Below are positions 24,509 through 33,878 of a DNA stretch of 34,526 nucleotides, in pieces. The DNA is taken from assembly GCA_016839605.1 (NCBI GenBank), contig JAEOTX010000248.1, forward strand, positions 1-34,526, in the 5' to 3' direction. Under the pieces are notes generated by a model. That model did not search any database. It saw only the letters and a program-made list of their open reading frames with translations, and was not told the origin of the DNA. The translations under genes were made by a program, and so were the position numbers. Positions within the stretch are counted from its first letter, which is position 1. Each line of letters begins with the position of its first letter. Source of the stretch: Candidatus Thorarchaeota archaeon. GTDB taxonomy: Archaea > Asgardarchaeota > Thorarchaeia > Thorarchaeales > Thorarchaeaceae.

Positions 24509-25936
24509 CTAACTTGAACCTCCAAAAGTAATTCCGCCCTTCAAGAAACGAATGTTTGGACCTCCAGCTGCAACAAATGCCTCCTGTCCCTTTCCACATC
24601 TTCCTAATTCAAAGGGGAAGTCCTCGTTAGCAACACCTTCTATTTTGAAGAGAGAGTCAGTTGCTATTCCTGAAATAGACAAGTCTGTCACTGGCTTACC
24701 AAGCTCTCCATTAACAATCTCGTAGGCTTCCTGAATTCCAACTTGGAAGGATGCATTCATCTGGGCTTGTCCACCTCTGAAGTCTGCACAATAGTAGCCG
24801 AACTCAATTCCCTCAAACATCTCATCAGGATTATAGTCACCTCTCTCAAAGAGAGTGTTCCTCATCCGTATGATTGGTGGATGAAGATAACTCTCAGCTC
24901 TTGCATTTCCTGTGACTCGCTGACCGATTTTCGCAGCATATTCTCTGTTCGTCATCAGTTCTGTCAACACTGAGTCTTTGATGATCTCAACTCGAGATGC
25001 CAATGAAGCCTCATCATCATACTTTGACGTGCCCAGGTTGCCTTCATCAACTCCATTGTCAGTCATACTGACTCCTTCTGCGGCCACAACCTCTCCTACC
25101 TTGCCATTAAACGAGCTTTGGACTGTCAGGTCTGCTTCAGCAAGATGGCCCAAAGCCTCATGCGCCAGAACTCCAATAACGCGAGGGCCTAGAACGCATG
25201 GGAAGGAACCACCCTTAGCTGGAATGCCTTCAAGTTGGAGCTTGACACGTTTTGCAGCTTCCAGACCTATGACTTCTGGAGTTGCAACTTTCTCCAAGTA
25301 CTCCCAGCCGCTCTTTGTGGATGCGTCTTCATAGCGAGCAGCGCTAAGGCGTGTACCATCCTTACCTGTAACCCAAGGATAACTCCACACCAAGACAACA
25401 TCCGTTTGAATTCTAGAGCCGTCGGAGGTCATCAGGTATTTCTTTCCAGAAGCAGTCCTTATCTTCACTGTGACTGCTGTGATCCGCGAGTCAAAATCAC
25501 GGATTTCTTTCGTCATATCCTGCATATACTGTAGCTTCTCTTCTATCGGAACATGACGCGGATCACGTTTCACATCGAAATCTAGTACATCCTCATGCGC
25601 TTTTGTTTCTGCGAGAACGATTGGCTCTCGTCGTGTGATGGCCGCAGCCCTAGCCATTGAGTAGGCATCTTTGACTGCATTATCAAGTCCATTCAAATCA
25701 CTCGTAGTAACGAATCCCCACGCACCATCAGCGAGAACCCTCACAGCAACTCCCTGCTCAAGCCTCTGTGTTAGCGCGCTTACTCGACCGTCATCCATCT
25801 GAATATATTCGATGAAGCCAGATTCCCCTCGGAGTTCCACATAACTTGCTCCAAGGCCGCTTCCAATTTCTAGAGCACTCTCTAATTTCTCAAACAACGT
25901 AGTATCAACCCTGCAGAGTGGCTTTGTATGCCACAT
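24509..25936 (-). CDS. tldD: TldD metalloprotease
   Basis: GVAVRVLADGAWGF, HEALGHLAEAD, TGNARAE, IRMRNT and CGKGQ motifs. The start may be the TTG at 25897. Confidence 0.93.
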   Translation of the reverse strand: MWHTKPLCRVDTTLFEKLESALEIGSGLGASYVELRGESGFIEYIQMDDGRVSALTQRLEQGVAVRVLADGAWGFVTTSDLNGLDNAVKDAYSMARAAAITRREPIVLAETKAHEDVLDFDVKRDPRHVPIEEKLQYMQDMTKEIRDFDSRITAVTVKIRTASGKKYLMTSDGSRIQTDVVLVWSYPWVTGKDGTRLSAARYEDASTKSGWEYLEKVATPEVIGLEAAKRVKLQLEGIPAKGGSFPCVLGPRVIGVLAHEALGHLAEADLTVQSSFNGKVGEVVAAEGVSMTDNGVDEGNLGTSKYDDEASLASRVEIIKDSVLTELMTNREYAAKIGQRVTGNARAESYLHPPIIRMRNTLFERGDYNPDEMFEGIEFGYYCADFRGGQAQMNASFQVGIQEAYEIVNGELGKPVTDLSISGIATDSLFKIEGVANEDFPFELGRCGKGQEAFVAAGGPNIRFLKGGITFGGSS

Positions 25937-26026
25937 CTGATTTGTCTAATAAGCTTACGATATCTGCCATAGGTTAACCACAAGACCCAATACAGGAGCT
26001 GAAACGAGGTTGGATGTGATTGTGCG

Positions 26027-28051
26027 TTGAGTCGGAGTGGAATACCACTAGAGTTTGCTCATTTAATTAATGAGAAGTCCATTCCTTGGGATTCGATAAT
26101 CAAGGCTTCAAAGAAGAGAGCCAAGAAGACACCTTTTGAGGCGTTCACTGATACCGCAATTTCCTTCGCGTCTAAAGAAACAATGAAAGATGACCCCAAA
26201 CCCATGATTATCGCTCTCGGTGTTGAAGCATGTTTGGACCGAGGGCGAATGGAGGAAGCTGTGTTTCTCTCTGCTGACTCGATGGATCCAAATGTTCTAG
26301 GTTTGCGTGCAATGGCACTGTTTGCAATTTCAGACATAGAAGGTCTTAGAGAGACCCTCTCTACGATGGAATCTGAAGTCAACGAGAAATCTCCACCATC
26401 AGATCAAGTTCGTCTCAGCACAATTAAGGTCCTCCTTGCAGCGGCAGAAAGGGATACAAGTGTAATCATGTGCGTCATGGAATTTGACAATCTGCTTGAG
26501 ATGCATCCAGAGCAAGTTGAGGAACCACTTACTGAAACCATGTTCACTCTGTATGTAGTTGGGTCGCTATTGCGCGAGGTTGGCGAGGCAAAGAGGGCAG
26601 AGAGGATAGCAGATACATTAGGAGAAATGGCCAAATCGAAGGGTCATAGAATGTATCTTGCTATTGTGGAGAATCTAAGAGGAAACATCAACTTGTTCAC
26701 GGGAGACTACACTATTGCAGAGAAACACTATCAGAACTACTTGAAAATGAGTGAAGAACTCTCGAATAAACTTGGCATGGCTATGGCACTCAATAACTTA
26801 GGAACATTGAAACTCAGCTCACTAATGTTGGAAGAAGCACTAGAGCATCTTGAGAAGGCCAATGCCCTGATGGATATGGATGCTGCGAAGATATCTTCAC
26901 TCGCGAATCTAGGTCAGCTGTGTACCACCTTGGGTCAATTCGATCAGGCGGAAGACTATCTCAAGGAAGCAATCAAGCTTGAGAGAAGAATTAGCAGGGG
27001 TGTCGTAGAGGTATTTGCTTGGTATACAATCCTACTGTCCAAAATTGACAGACAATCCGAAGCTGCAGAATATTTGGAAAGAACTCGGAAAATGGTTGAA
27101 GGCTCAGAGAAGCCAATTCAAAGGGGAGTCTATCTGGTCGCACGAGCAGCCCATGAATCATCACTAAACAAGCATGAGAAAGCCGCTTCGACACTAGAAG
27201 AACTTCTCAAGCTTGCAAAGGACAACAACCTGTTCGAGATGCTCATAGAAGCGGAACTTGAACTTGCGCGGACACATCTGACAATCTACAGGACCTCCCA
27301 TAACTCCGAGGAACTCTCCAAGGCTGCGTATCATCTAGATGATCTCATTCAGATTGCAAAGGACCAGGGTTTACTCCATCTAACTGCCGAAGCACTCCTG
27401 CTGAGAAGCGATATACTCCTCATTGGCGGACAGGAATCAGAGGCTAGAAGTGACCTAGACAGAGCCAATGGTATTGCAACATCTGTTGAAGATCCACGTC
27501 TATTGGATGAAGTCAAGCACCGCAAAGCAAGAGCTGCTGAACCAGCGAATGTACCTAGAGTCCTTAACGAAGTGGCATTCGAAAAATCGATGGGGAGAGT
27601 TTCAGGATTCAAGCCTGTGAGGAATCTGCAGGAGATTCCCATGCCATCAATACATATGCTTCTTGTATTGGACCGCCGCTCTGGGCTTACTGAATATGTG
27701 CACTATTTTGACCAGAATCTCGAGATGGATAGCACAATGGTGAGTGGATTTATCTCTGCAATTTCCTCATTCACAGGAGAATTCATGGGGGGAACCGGAC
27801 TTCTTAGATCAATCAATCATGAGGGCTCAACCATAATGCTTGAACACACCAAACCCCGCATCGTAGCTATGATAGTTGAGAACGAAACTTTTGATATCAG
27901 GTATCTCCTTCATGGATTTGCAGAGAAGTTCAACGAGGTGTTTCCCACTGCTAAGGAAGGAGATGGAATTGCGCCAGATGACTACAAAGGAGCAGAGAAG
28001 ATTGTCAAAGACTTCTTCTTGGACGAACGGTTGGCATCCAACAATCCATAA
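26027..28051 (+). CDS. TPR-repeat protein with C-terminal longin-like domain
   Basis: TPR helices (ALNNLGTL, SLANLGQL) and C-terminal IHMLLVLDRRSGL...MVSGFISAISSFTGE...IRYLLHGFAEKFNEVF, typical of Asgard longin-like domains. Confidence 0.8.
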   Translation: MSRSGIPLEFAHLINEKSIPWDSIIKASKKRAKKTPFEAFTDTAISFASKETMKDDPKPMIIALGVEACLDRGRMEEAVFLSADSMDPNVLGLRAMALFAISDIEGLRETLSTMESEVNEKSPPSDQVRLSTIKVLLAAAERDTSVIMCVMEFDNLLEMHPEQVEEPLTETMFTLYVVGSLLREVGEAKRAERIADTLGEMAKSKGHRMYLAIVENLRGNINLFTGDYTIAEKHYQNYLKMSEELSNKLGMAMALNNLGTLKLSSLMLEEALEHLEKANALMDMDAAKISSLANLGQLCTTLGQFDQAEDYLKEAIKLERRISRGVVEVFAWYTILLSKIDRQSEAAEYLERTRKMVEGSEKPIQRGVYLVARAAHESSLNKHEKAASTLEELLKLAKDNNLFEMLIEAELELARTHLTIYRTSHNSEELSKAAYHLDDLIQIAKDQGLLHLTAEALLLRSDILLIGGQESEARSDLDRANGIATSVEDPRLLDEVKHRKARAAEPANVPRVLNEVAFEKSMGRVSGFKPVRNLQEIPMPSIHMLLVLDRRSGLTEYVHYFDQNLEMDSTMVSGFISAISSFTGEFMGGTGLLRSINHEGSTIMLEHTKPRIVAMIVENETFDIRYLLHGFAEKFNEVFPTAKEGDGIAPDDYKGAEKIVKDFFLDERLASNNP

Positions 28052-28113
28052 GATGCTATTGCCAGCGCTTATAACAACATCTAGCAACAGAGGGAATACT
28101 CGGTGTATCCTGT

Positions 28114-29778
28114 ATGACATCAGTTGAGGAAATTGGAGAAATACTTCGCAAGGGAGAAGCTCGCAATATGGAGTTTAAGCGGAGTCTCACGAGAATGGAC
28201 CTCAAATCTGATCGTCGCCAGAAACTAGTTACTCGAATAAGATACATGACATGTGAAACTCCTTTTGAAGGGTTGTTGCTGGTCGGGATTGAAGACCTCG
28301 CTGGGAAGAATTGGGAGGTCTATGGACTAACTGAGGCCCAGATCAGGACTGCCGAGGACGTACTCGTAGACATATGCGCTGAAGCTGAGGTCGAGATTGT
28401 CGAAGAAGAGAGAATTGAAACGGATCAAGGGCTGGTTGGCAAATACCTCCTCAAGAGGATAGCAGCCCTTGAAGTAAAGGAAACATGTTCATTCAATGTG
28501 GCAGGACGGGTGAATTCAGGTAAATCGACACTCATCGGGTCACTAGTAACAGGATCACCTGACAATGGCTCCGGAAAATCTCGTTCATTCCTTCTTACGC
28601 ACCCCCAGGAAATCACTCGTGGTCAGACCGCTGATATCCACCTCGCATTCATGGGATTCACCAAAGATGGAGAAACCATTCATCTTGATAATCCAAGGAA
28701 TAAGGAGGAGGCTGCAAGGGTGCTGGATGCATCAGCGAGGATTCTCACATTCTTTGATGCACCAGGACATCAAGAATACAGTAAGACAATGATAAGGAGC
28801 ATTCTAGGAGCTGATGCTCAATACGGGCTTGTCCTTGTTCCCGGCCCGGAAGAGGCTAGTCTGATTCAGAGTGAAGAAGGTAAGACCGGGCTCAGACGGC
28901 TGGATGACATAACCCGTGAACATCTCATTCTGATGGCAAATCAAGAAGCTCCCTTCATTGTCGTTATATCGAAGGTGGATAGAACAAATTCCAGTGATTT
29001 AGCACTCGTCAATGAAGTTGTCAGAAACACGCTCAGAGAGATTGGCAAAATCCCAGTGAGCCTGAAAGAAGTCGATGAGATAGACACATTGGTGAGCGAG
29101 ATTGAGCATAGAGTTGTGGTACCGGTGATTGAAATTGCTTCTACGGAAGAAGAGTCCCTTGCCCTTCTCACGGATCTTTTGCAGAAACTACCCTCAAACT
29201 CAAAGAAGGTAGACTTGACAAAACCTGCTCGTGCTTATGTTGACAAGGTGTATCGCGGCATTCGAGGCACAAATGCTGTAATTACTGGCACAGTAAAGGC
29301 AGGTGTATTCAAAAAAGGACAGAGTGTAATCATTGGCCCAGATGAGAATGGAAGCATGCAGGAAGGCAGGCTATTCAGCATTGAGATGTTCAAGAAGAGA
29401 ATTGGCTCGGTCCGCGCTGGAGACCTCTTTGGGTTCGATATCAAGGACGTTGACAAACATGACGTGAGAAGAGGCCAGGTAGTGGCAGACCCTGATGATT
29501 CCATCAAGAGCTGTAGATCTTTTGAGGCGAACATTGTTGTCACAAGGCACCCAACAAGAATCGCGGTAGGCTATTCACCAGTCCTTCAATGTCATACGAT
29601 TCAGCACACTGTAGTGTTGAAACGCATCTATGACGCCGAATATCTCACGGTAGGGGATTTTGCTCGTGTCAGATTAGAATTCATGTCGTACCCAGAGCCG
29701 ATTGAGTTGGGGGATAAGATTGTCCTACGAGAAGCAAACACAAGAGCGATTGGAACAGTCGTCGAGATTACTTCTTAG
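28114..29778 (+). CDS. GTPBP1-like translational GTPase with N-terminal AlbA/Schlafen-like domain
   Basis: GEARNMEFK N-terminus, G1 GRVNSGKST, G2 EITRGQT, G3 DAPGH, G4 SKVD and EF-Tu-like domains II/III (HPTRIAVGYSPV). Confidence 0.88.
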   Translation: MTSVEEIGEILRKGEARNMEFKRSLTRMDLKSDRRQKLVTRIRYMTCETPFEGLLLVGIEDLAGKNWEVYGLTEAQIRTAEDVLVDICAEAEVEIVEEERIETDQGLVGKYLLKRIAALEVKETCSFNVAGRVNSGKSTLIGSLVTGSPDNGSGKSRSFLLTHPQEITRGQTADIHLAFMGFTKDGETIHLDNPRNKEEAARVLDASARILTFFDAPGHQEYSKTMIRSILGADAQYGLVLVPGPEEASLIQSEEGKTGLRRLDDITREHLILMANQEAPFIVVISKVDRTNSSDLALVNEVVRNTLREIGKIPVSLKEVDEIDTLVSEIEHRVVVPVIEIASTEEESLALLTDLLQKLPSNSKKVDLTKPARAYVDKVYRGIRGTNAVITGTVKAGVFKKGQSVIIGPDENGSMQEGRLFSIEMFKKRIGSVRAGDLFGFDIKDVDKHDVRRGQVVADPDDSIKSCRSFEANIVVTRHPTRIAVGYSPVLQCHTIQHTVVLKRIYDAEYLTVGDFARVRLEFMSYPEPIELGDKIVLREANTRAIGTVVEITS

Positions 29779-31462
29779 ACTTCCCCTCACTCCAAATCAG
29801 CATCTCAGAACTCTCGGGGAACTTATCCTCAGAACGTATCAGTCTTCTTGATGATTTTGCTCTGATAACAGGCCAGACAGCGACTTCATTTTCAGATGCA
29901 CTAGCCAACACCATTTGCCTCCATGATGAAGGCGAGGTCACTAGCGCGTAGCTATTTGCTCCAGCATGAAAGATTGTAGATTCAATACTGAAGGAAGCAG
30001 CTTCAACAAGCCGATCATATTCTCCTTGAAGTAGTAAGTTTGGACATAGGCCAGCGTGATTGAAATCAGGCAGGAGAGCAACACTGCCAGTCTTGACCAA
30101 TGAGTCCATTCTCTGGGGAGACCCAACAAGTGTGTCAGAGAGAATCTTAAGACTCCCGCTTATTAGCCGCTCAAGAACTGCGTTCTCGGCAGCATTAACT
30201 TGCTTATTCGAGAATTCAATACTTGCTTGAAACGTGTTTTTTCTCTTATCCTTAACACCGATCTTCTTCAGGACCCAAGAGAGAATATCGTTACCCTTAC
30301 TCAGCACGCCTCCTGATTTGGGGAAAATATCCTCAAGATTCAGCGAATACACAATACGACTTAGGGGATTCTCATTTCCCTCCGTAATTGCAAGAAGTCG
30401 TTGTTCCGCACCTTCGAGATATTCTATCAACAGCCATGGTTCATCTTTTGACCTGCCCTCGCTAATTGATAGCGTTAAGCCCAACGATGATGGATCACAT
30501 AGTGCTCTCGGTGCAAGGTGGATTGATTCTAAAATGTGACGTTTTGATGCCAGTCTTCTGGGTTTCAAGAGGCTTTTGCAGAAGCCTTGAATGGTGAGCT
30601 GCTCCTCCGTTCCGAGCGAAACTTCGATAGTATCGTGGATTTCACTCAATGCTCGTCTCCATTTATCCTCTGATAGTTCTGGAGCTCTTTCTACAAGGTC
30701 CAAAATCCTTGCAAACCCACGCCAAGAATATGAATCCGAGTGCTTGGACAAGTGGTTGACAATAGGCAGGTAGGAGGTTTCTTTGGTTCTCTTTATCCAG
30801 ATGGCTAGCCACTCAGCTCTCTTTGGTCCTTCAAGTGAAGCGAGAGCAATAGCGTTTCCTATTGAAGCGCTGAAATCCGAATTTCTTTTATCAACATCAA
30901 GAAGCTGAAGAACACTTGCTCGAGTGATAAGACCATCGCGCCATTTCGACTCAAGTATGCCCTGCTCAAACACTAAAGCGCCGTCATCCTCTGAAAATAG
31001 CCCAAATCCCTGACTGGTGCCTATGGCTGATTCTCGTGTAACAAAGATGACCGGGAATTCTGGTTCCTTCCTACCTAGAAACCTCACAATTCGTTTCAGA
31101 GTCTTGGACAGATCTTGCCTAAGCTCCTCTGTGGCCTCAATTCGGAGTTCCTCTTTGGTAAGAGGTCGTGGCTTTTCGAACTTAGCTACTAGTTTTGAAG
31201 TCTTGCGGACTTTCCCATACTGTTCGACGTCAATATTCTCCCCAATGAGCATATTACCTGCAGAATTGAAGAAGTACACCCGAACTCGGTCTCTACTAAT
31301 GACAGCAACCAGAAATGCGATTCCTTTTAGCTTTGAGAAATGCTTCCTCATCGTTGAAGCTTTCACACGAAGAACTTCAACAGCAGAAGCTCCAGTTTCA
31401 CGGAATTGCCTTTGCCCGAACAACGCTATTTCTTTTGGCACATCGCGGGCGCTACGTGACAT
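29768..31462 (-). CDS. Hypothetical protein (564 aa)
   Basis: Long ORF with SD GGTGG; no confidently recognised family. Confidence 0.8.
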   Translation of the reverse strand: MSRSARDVPKEIALFGQRQFRETGASAVEVLRVKASTMRKHFSKLKGIAFLVAVISRDRVRVYFFNSAGNMLIGENIDVEQYGKVRKTSKLVAKFEKPRPLTKEELRIEATEELRQDLSKTLKRIVRFLGRKEPEFPVIFVTRESAIGTSQGFGLFSEDDGALVFEQGILESKWRDGLITRASVLQLLDVDKRNSDFSASIGNAIALASLEGPKRAEWLAIWIKRTKETSYLPIVNHLSKHSDSYSWRGFARILDLVERAPELSEDKWRRALSEIHDTIEVSLGTEEQLTIQGFCKSLLKPRRLASKRHILESIHLAPRALCDPSSLGLTLSISEGRSKDEPWLLIEYLEGAEQRLLAITEGNENPLSRIVYSLNLEDIFPKSGGVLSKGNDILSWVLKKIGVKDKRKNTFQASIEFSNKQVNAAENAVLERLISGSLKILSDTLVGSPQRMDSLVKTGSVALLPDFNHAGLCPNLLLQGEYDRLVEAASFSIESTIFHAGANSYALVTSPSSWRQMVLASASENEVAVWPVIRAKSSRRLIRSEDKFPESSEMLIWSEGKSKK

Positions 31463-31530
31463 AGATTGACCACCACAGCGTTTTCACACTTGCCCCGGTG
31501 CCTGATAAGATTGATTGCAGACTGAATGGA

Positions 31531-32034
31531 CTATGCTTCGACTGGTTCTATCTGCTGATCGTACATCGGCATTAGGATGTCCCTTGTAGGAGTTGTATTC
31601 ATCACAACATCCAGCACTTCGTCATTGCGCATTAGAATGCACCCTAGGAAGTTGTACATGAACTTGTCAAGTCGGATGTTCACTCCTCGCCGTGGCACTT
31701 GAGTAAGAAGCAGTACAATGCTGAAGTTGCCACGTGGAAGCTGATTCAAGATCCCGCGCTTCATGTCAGGTTCAAGCTCATCCTCGAGTTGGCGTGTCAT
31801 GACGCCTCGCTCCATGAAGTTGTAGCGAATTCTCTCAAAATCTCCGCTTGAGCTCTTTTTAGGTCGAATAAAAGATATGGAATATCCGAGTCGCTTCAAT
31901 GAGTTATAACCGATAAAAGTTCTAAAAAGTGGTGGACTTAGAGATTCAAGCTCCACTTTGCGCAATTCTACAGTTTCATCTTCTCTGCGTACTTTTAGGT
32001 TCAACCACACACACTCCGTAGAGATAGGTCCCAC
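31531..32034 (-). CDS. Hypothetical protein (167 aa)
   Basis: ORF fills the gap between ogt and the 564-aa gene; TTTAAATA element upstream. Confidence 0.7.
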   Translation of the reverse strand: MGPISTECVWLNLKVRREDETVELRKVELESLSPPLFRTFIGYNSLKRLGYSISFIRPKKSSSGDFERIRYNFMERGVMTRQLEDELEPDMKRGILNQLPRGNFSIVLLLTQVPRRGVNIRLDKFMYNFLGCILMRNDEVLDVVMNTTPTRDILMPMYDQQIEPVEA

Positions 32035-32074
32035 ATTTAGAACTAATAGAAGCTATTTAAAACGTTATGAGAAA

Positions 32075-32581
32075 CTACTCCGCGAATGCCCCTTCGCGCC
32101 TTAGGAGTTCTATCTTCTTTTTAATGCCAAGACCATATCCACCAAGACCCTGAGATGAAATGACCCTGTGGCACGGGACAAGAGGGTATAATCTGTTCGT
32201 TGCCATCACGTTGCCGACGAAGCGTGCAGCCCCTGGAAGTCCAGCTTTTCTAGCGACTTCACCATATGTAGCGGTTTCGCCACGCGGGATTGAAAGAGTT
32301 GCCAAAACTACCTGACGTTGCTTCTCAGTCATCTCGGATAGGTCTAGATCAATCTTGTTCAAATCAGAGACCTCAATTCCCTCTGCAATGTCAAAGACAG
32401 CATCTAGAACCTTGAGGTCTTCTTTCGAATCGCTCCGTTCATATGAACTCCCCTTTACGGCCCTTATTGCTTCAATGCAGCTCTTCCTAGGTAATGTCGT
32501 GGCGAAGAGTCCCGAGGATGAAAAGACACCAGCTAAGCATTTCCCATCTCGCTGTAGTACTGCAACTCTTTTCCCTTGCAT
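32075..32581 (-). CDS. ogt: Methylated-DNA-protein-cysteine methyltransferase
   Basis: IPRGETATYGEVA, ARFVGNVM and active-site PCHRV. Start set at ATG 32581 to avoid overlap with the upstream gene (ORF track gives 32620). Confidence 0.92.
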   Translation of the reverse strand: MQGKRVAVLQRDGKCLAGVFSSSGLFATTLPRKSCIEAIRAVKGSSYERSDSKEDLKVLDAVFDIAEGIEVSDLNKIDLDLSEMTEKQRQVVLATLSIPRGETATYGEVARKAGLPGAARFVGNVMATNRLYPLVPCHRVISSQGLGGYGLGIKKKIELLRREGAFAE

Positions 32582-32601
32582 GACTGGACCTTGGCAAGTA
32601 G

Positions 32602-33483
32602 CTATTTGTACTTCGCGCATTTCTTCAGAACAAAGCCAAGGATTGAACTCAGTTCAGCATCACTCTTTTTCGAGCCCATAAGAGCCCAACCGCCACCCTT
32701 GTCTTGACTTTCAAGAATAAGTTCAAGCCCGCCCTTTATCACATTTTTCTCCTTATCAGTTTCGGGGGGACAAACAGCTGTAAGATCGATCATATCATCA
32801 GTGGACTTGTTCTCTAGTGCATCTTTCAGATGCTGGAAGAGCGCTGCTCTTGCATCTTTGTAGACCCTCTTCTTAGAATCAACTCCAGCAGCTCTGAGAC
32901 CTGTCAGGATGTTTCCTGTTGCCAATGGGTCTGATTGACCCATGTTCATGAAATCGGGCCAATTTCCGTCCTCATATTGAGAATAAATCAGAAAGTCTCG
33001 GGCTCGCCTCAAACGTTCCTCGTCATTATAGTTCGCTAAAGATAGCGCTTCAAGTGCCTTCCCTGTAAGCCATGTGACACTCTTTCCAACGGGATAGAAC
33101 TCATTCCCCCATTTTGACCCATATCTGTCCTCAATCAAATGCTCAAGATTCATCGCCTCTGCGAACCCTCCATCTCCCTTCTGGCGCTTAATTAGAAATC
33201 GAATCATTCTCTGAATGAGATGATCATGGGTCTTCCCAAATTTAAGAAGAAGCGGTAGCATCTCCGCGGTTTCCTTGACTGAACTAGGTTTCCCTTCCTC
33301 TAGACCGAATGGAACGCCGCCATCCCTATTTAGAATATCTTCAACTTCCTCTAAGGAAGATTGTATCACATCGTCATCTATCTTATAGCCTGCTGCAATC
33401 AGTCTCAATATGTCTGCAACATTACCTTGTTCAATGATGTATTCCTGTAAGTCATAGAAATGGTTAGCACTAGGATCGCTCAT
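32602..33483 (-). CDS. Prenyltransferase/squalene-oxidase (QW) repeat protein, single alpha/alpha barrel
   Basis: Repeats RQKGDGGF, SQYEDGNW and SQDKGGGW; SD GGAGG. Confidence 0.8.
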   Translation of the reverse strand: MSDPSANHFYDLQEYIIEQGNVADILRLIAAGYKIDDDVIQSSLEEVEDILNRDGGVPFGLEEGKPSSVKETAEMLPLLLKFGKTHDHLIQRMIRFLIKRQKGDGGFAEAMNLEHLIEDRYGSKWGNEFYPVGKSVTWLTGKALEALSLANYNDEERLRRARDFLIYSQYEDGNWPDFMNMGQSDPLATGNILTGLRAAGVDSKKRVYKDARAALFQHLKDALENKSTDDMIDLTAVCPPETDKEKNVIKGGLELILESQDKGGGWALMGSKKSDAELSSILGFVLKKCAKYK

Positions 33484-33617
33484 TAGAAAACCTCCTGAAA
33501 TTCAGAAATCCAATACGAGAAGAGCACCTCCGGAATTAAACAGCAATACTTCAACAGCCCTTCTTCTTGAATACATACCTATTGAACTCTGACATATTAA
33601 ACATTGCTCGGAGTGCC

Positions 33618-33878
33618 TCAGTCCTCAGGCTCGAAATGCTCAAGTATTGCTTTACGTCGCTCACGTTTTTCGTCTTCGGACAGTTCTTCATGCCGTTGAT
33701 CATCTTCCTCAACCACTACAATCTTCTCCCGAGGACTATGTTTGATCCTGTACTCCACTTTGTACTCAGGAGGTGTCTTGACTGATTTCTCGTGACCGCA
33801 TTCCCTACATTTCAGGATAGGTTTGCCATCCTTCTTCTTAGGGAACATTAAAGCACCACACTTCTCGCAGAACTCCAC
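33618..33878 (-). CDS. RpoM/TFS paralogue with N-terminal Zn ribbon only
   Basis: GTG start at 33878 (SD GAGGCG) gives MEFCEKCGALMFPKK...LKCRECGHE; no second Zn ribbon. Confidence 0.82.
   Translation of the reverse strand: MEFCEKCGALMFPKKKDGKPILKCRECGHEKSVKTPPEYKVEYRIKHSPREKIVVVEEDDQRHEELSEDEKRERRKAILEHFEPED

Noticed and set aside
7883-25936. RiPP cluster (nitroreductase as azole dehydrogenase, TldD/E, S8 peptidases)
   Set aside because: No YcaO, precursor peptide or exporter; the genes are dispersed and the nitroreductase is coupled to gyaR.
33598-33620. Selenocysteine readthrough of TGA stops (TFS paralogue; also the gene ending at 13958)
   Set aside because: An in-frame TAA follows within 4-7 codons, with no redox motif or SECIS evident.
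543-33785. Many antisense or alternative-frame ORFs in the track (e.g. 543-1124, 7431-7865, 8564-8833, 31017-31469)
   Set aside because: They are shadows of well-supported genes, with no motifs or translation signals.
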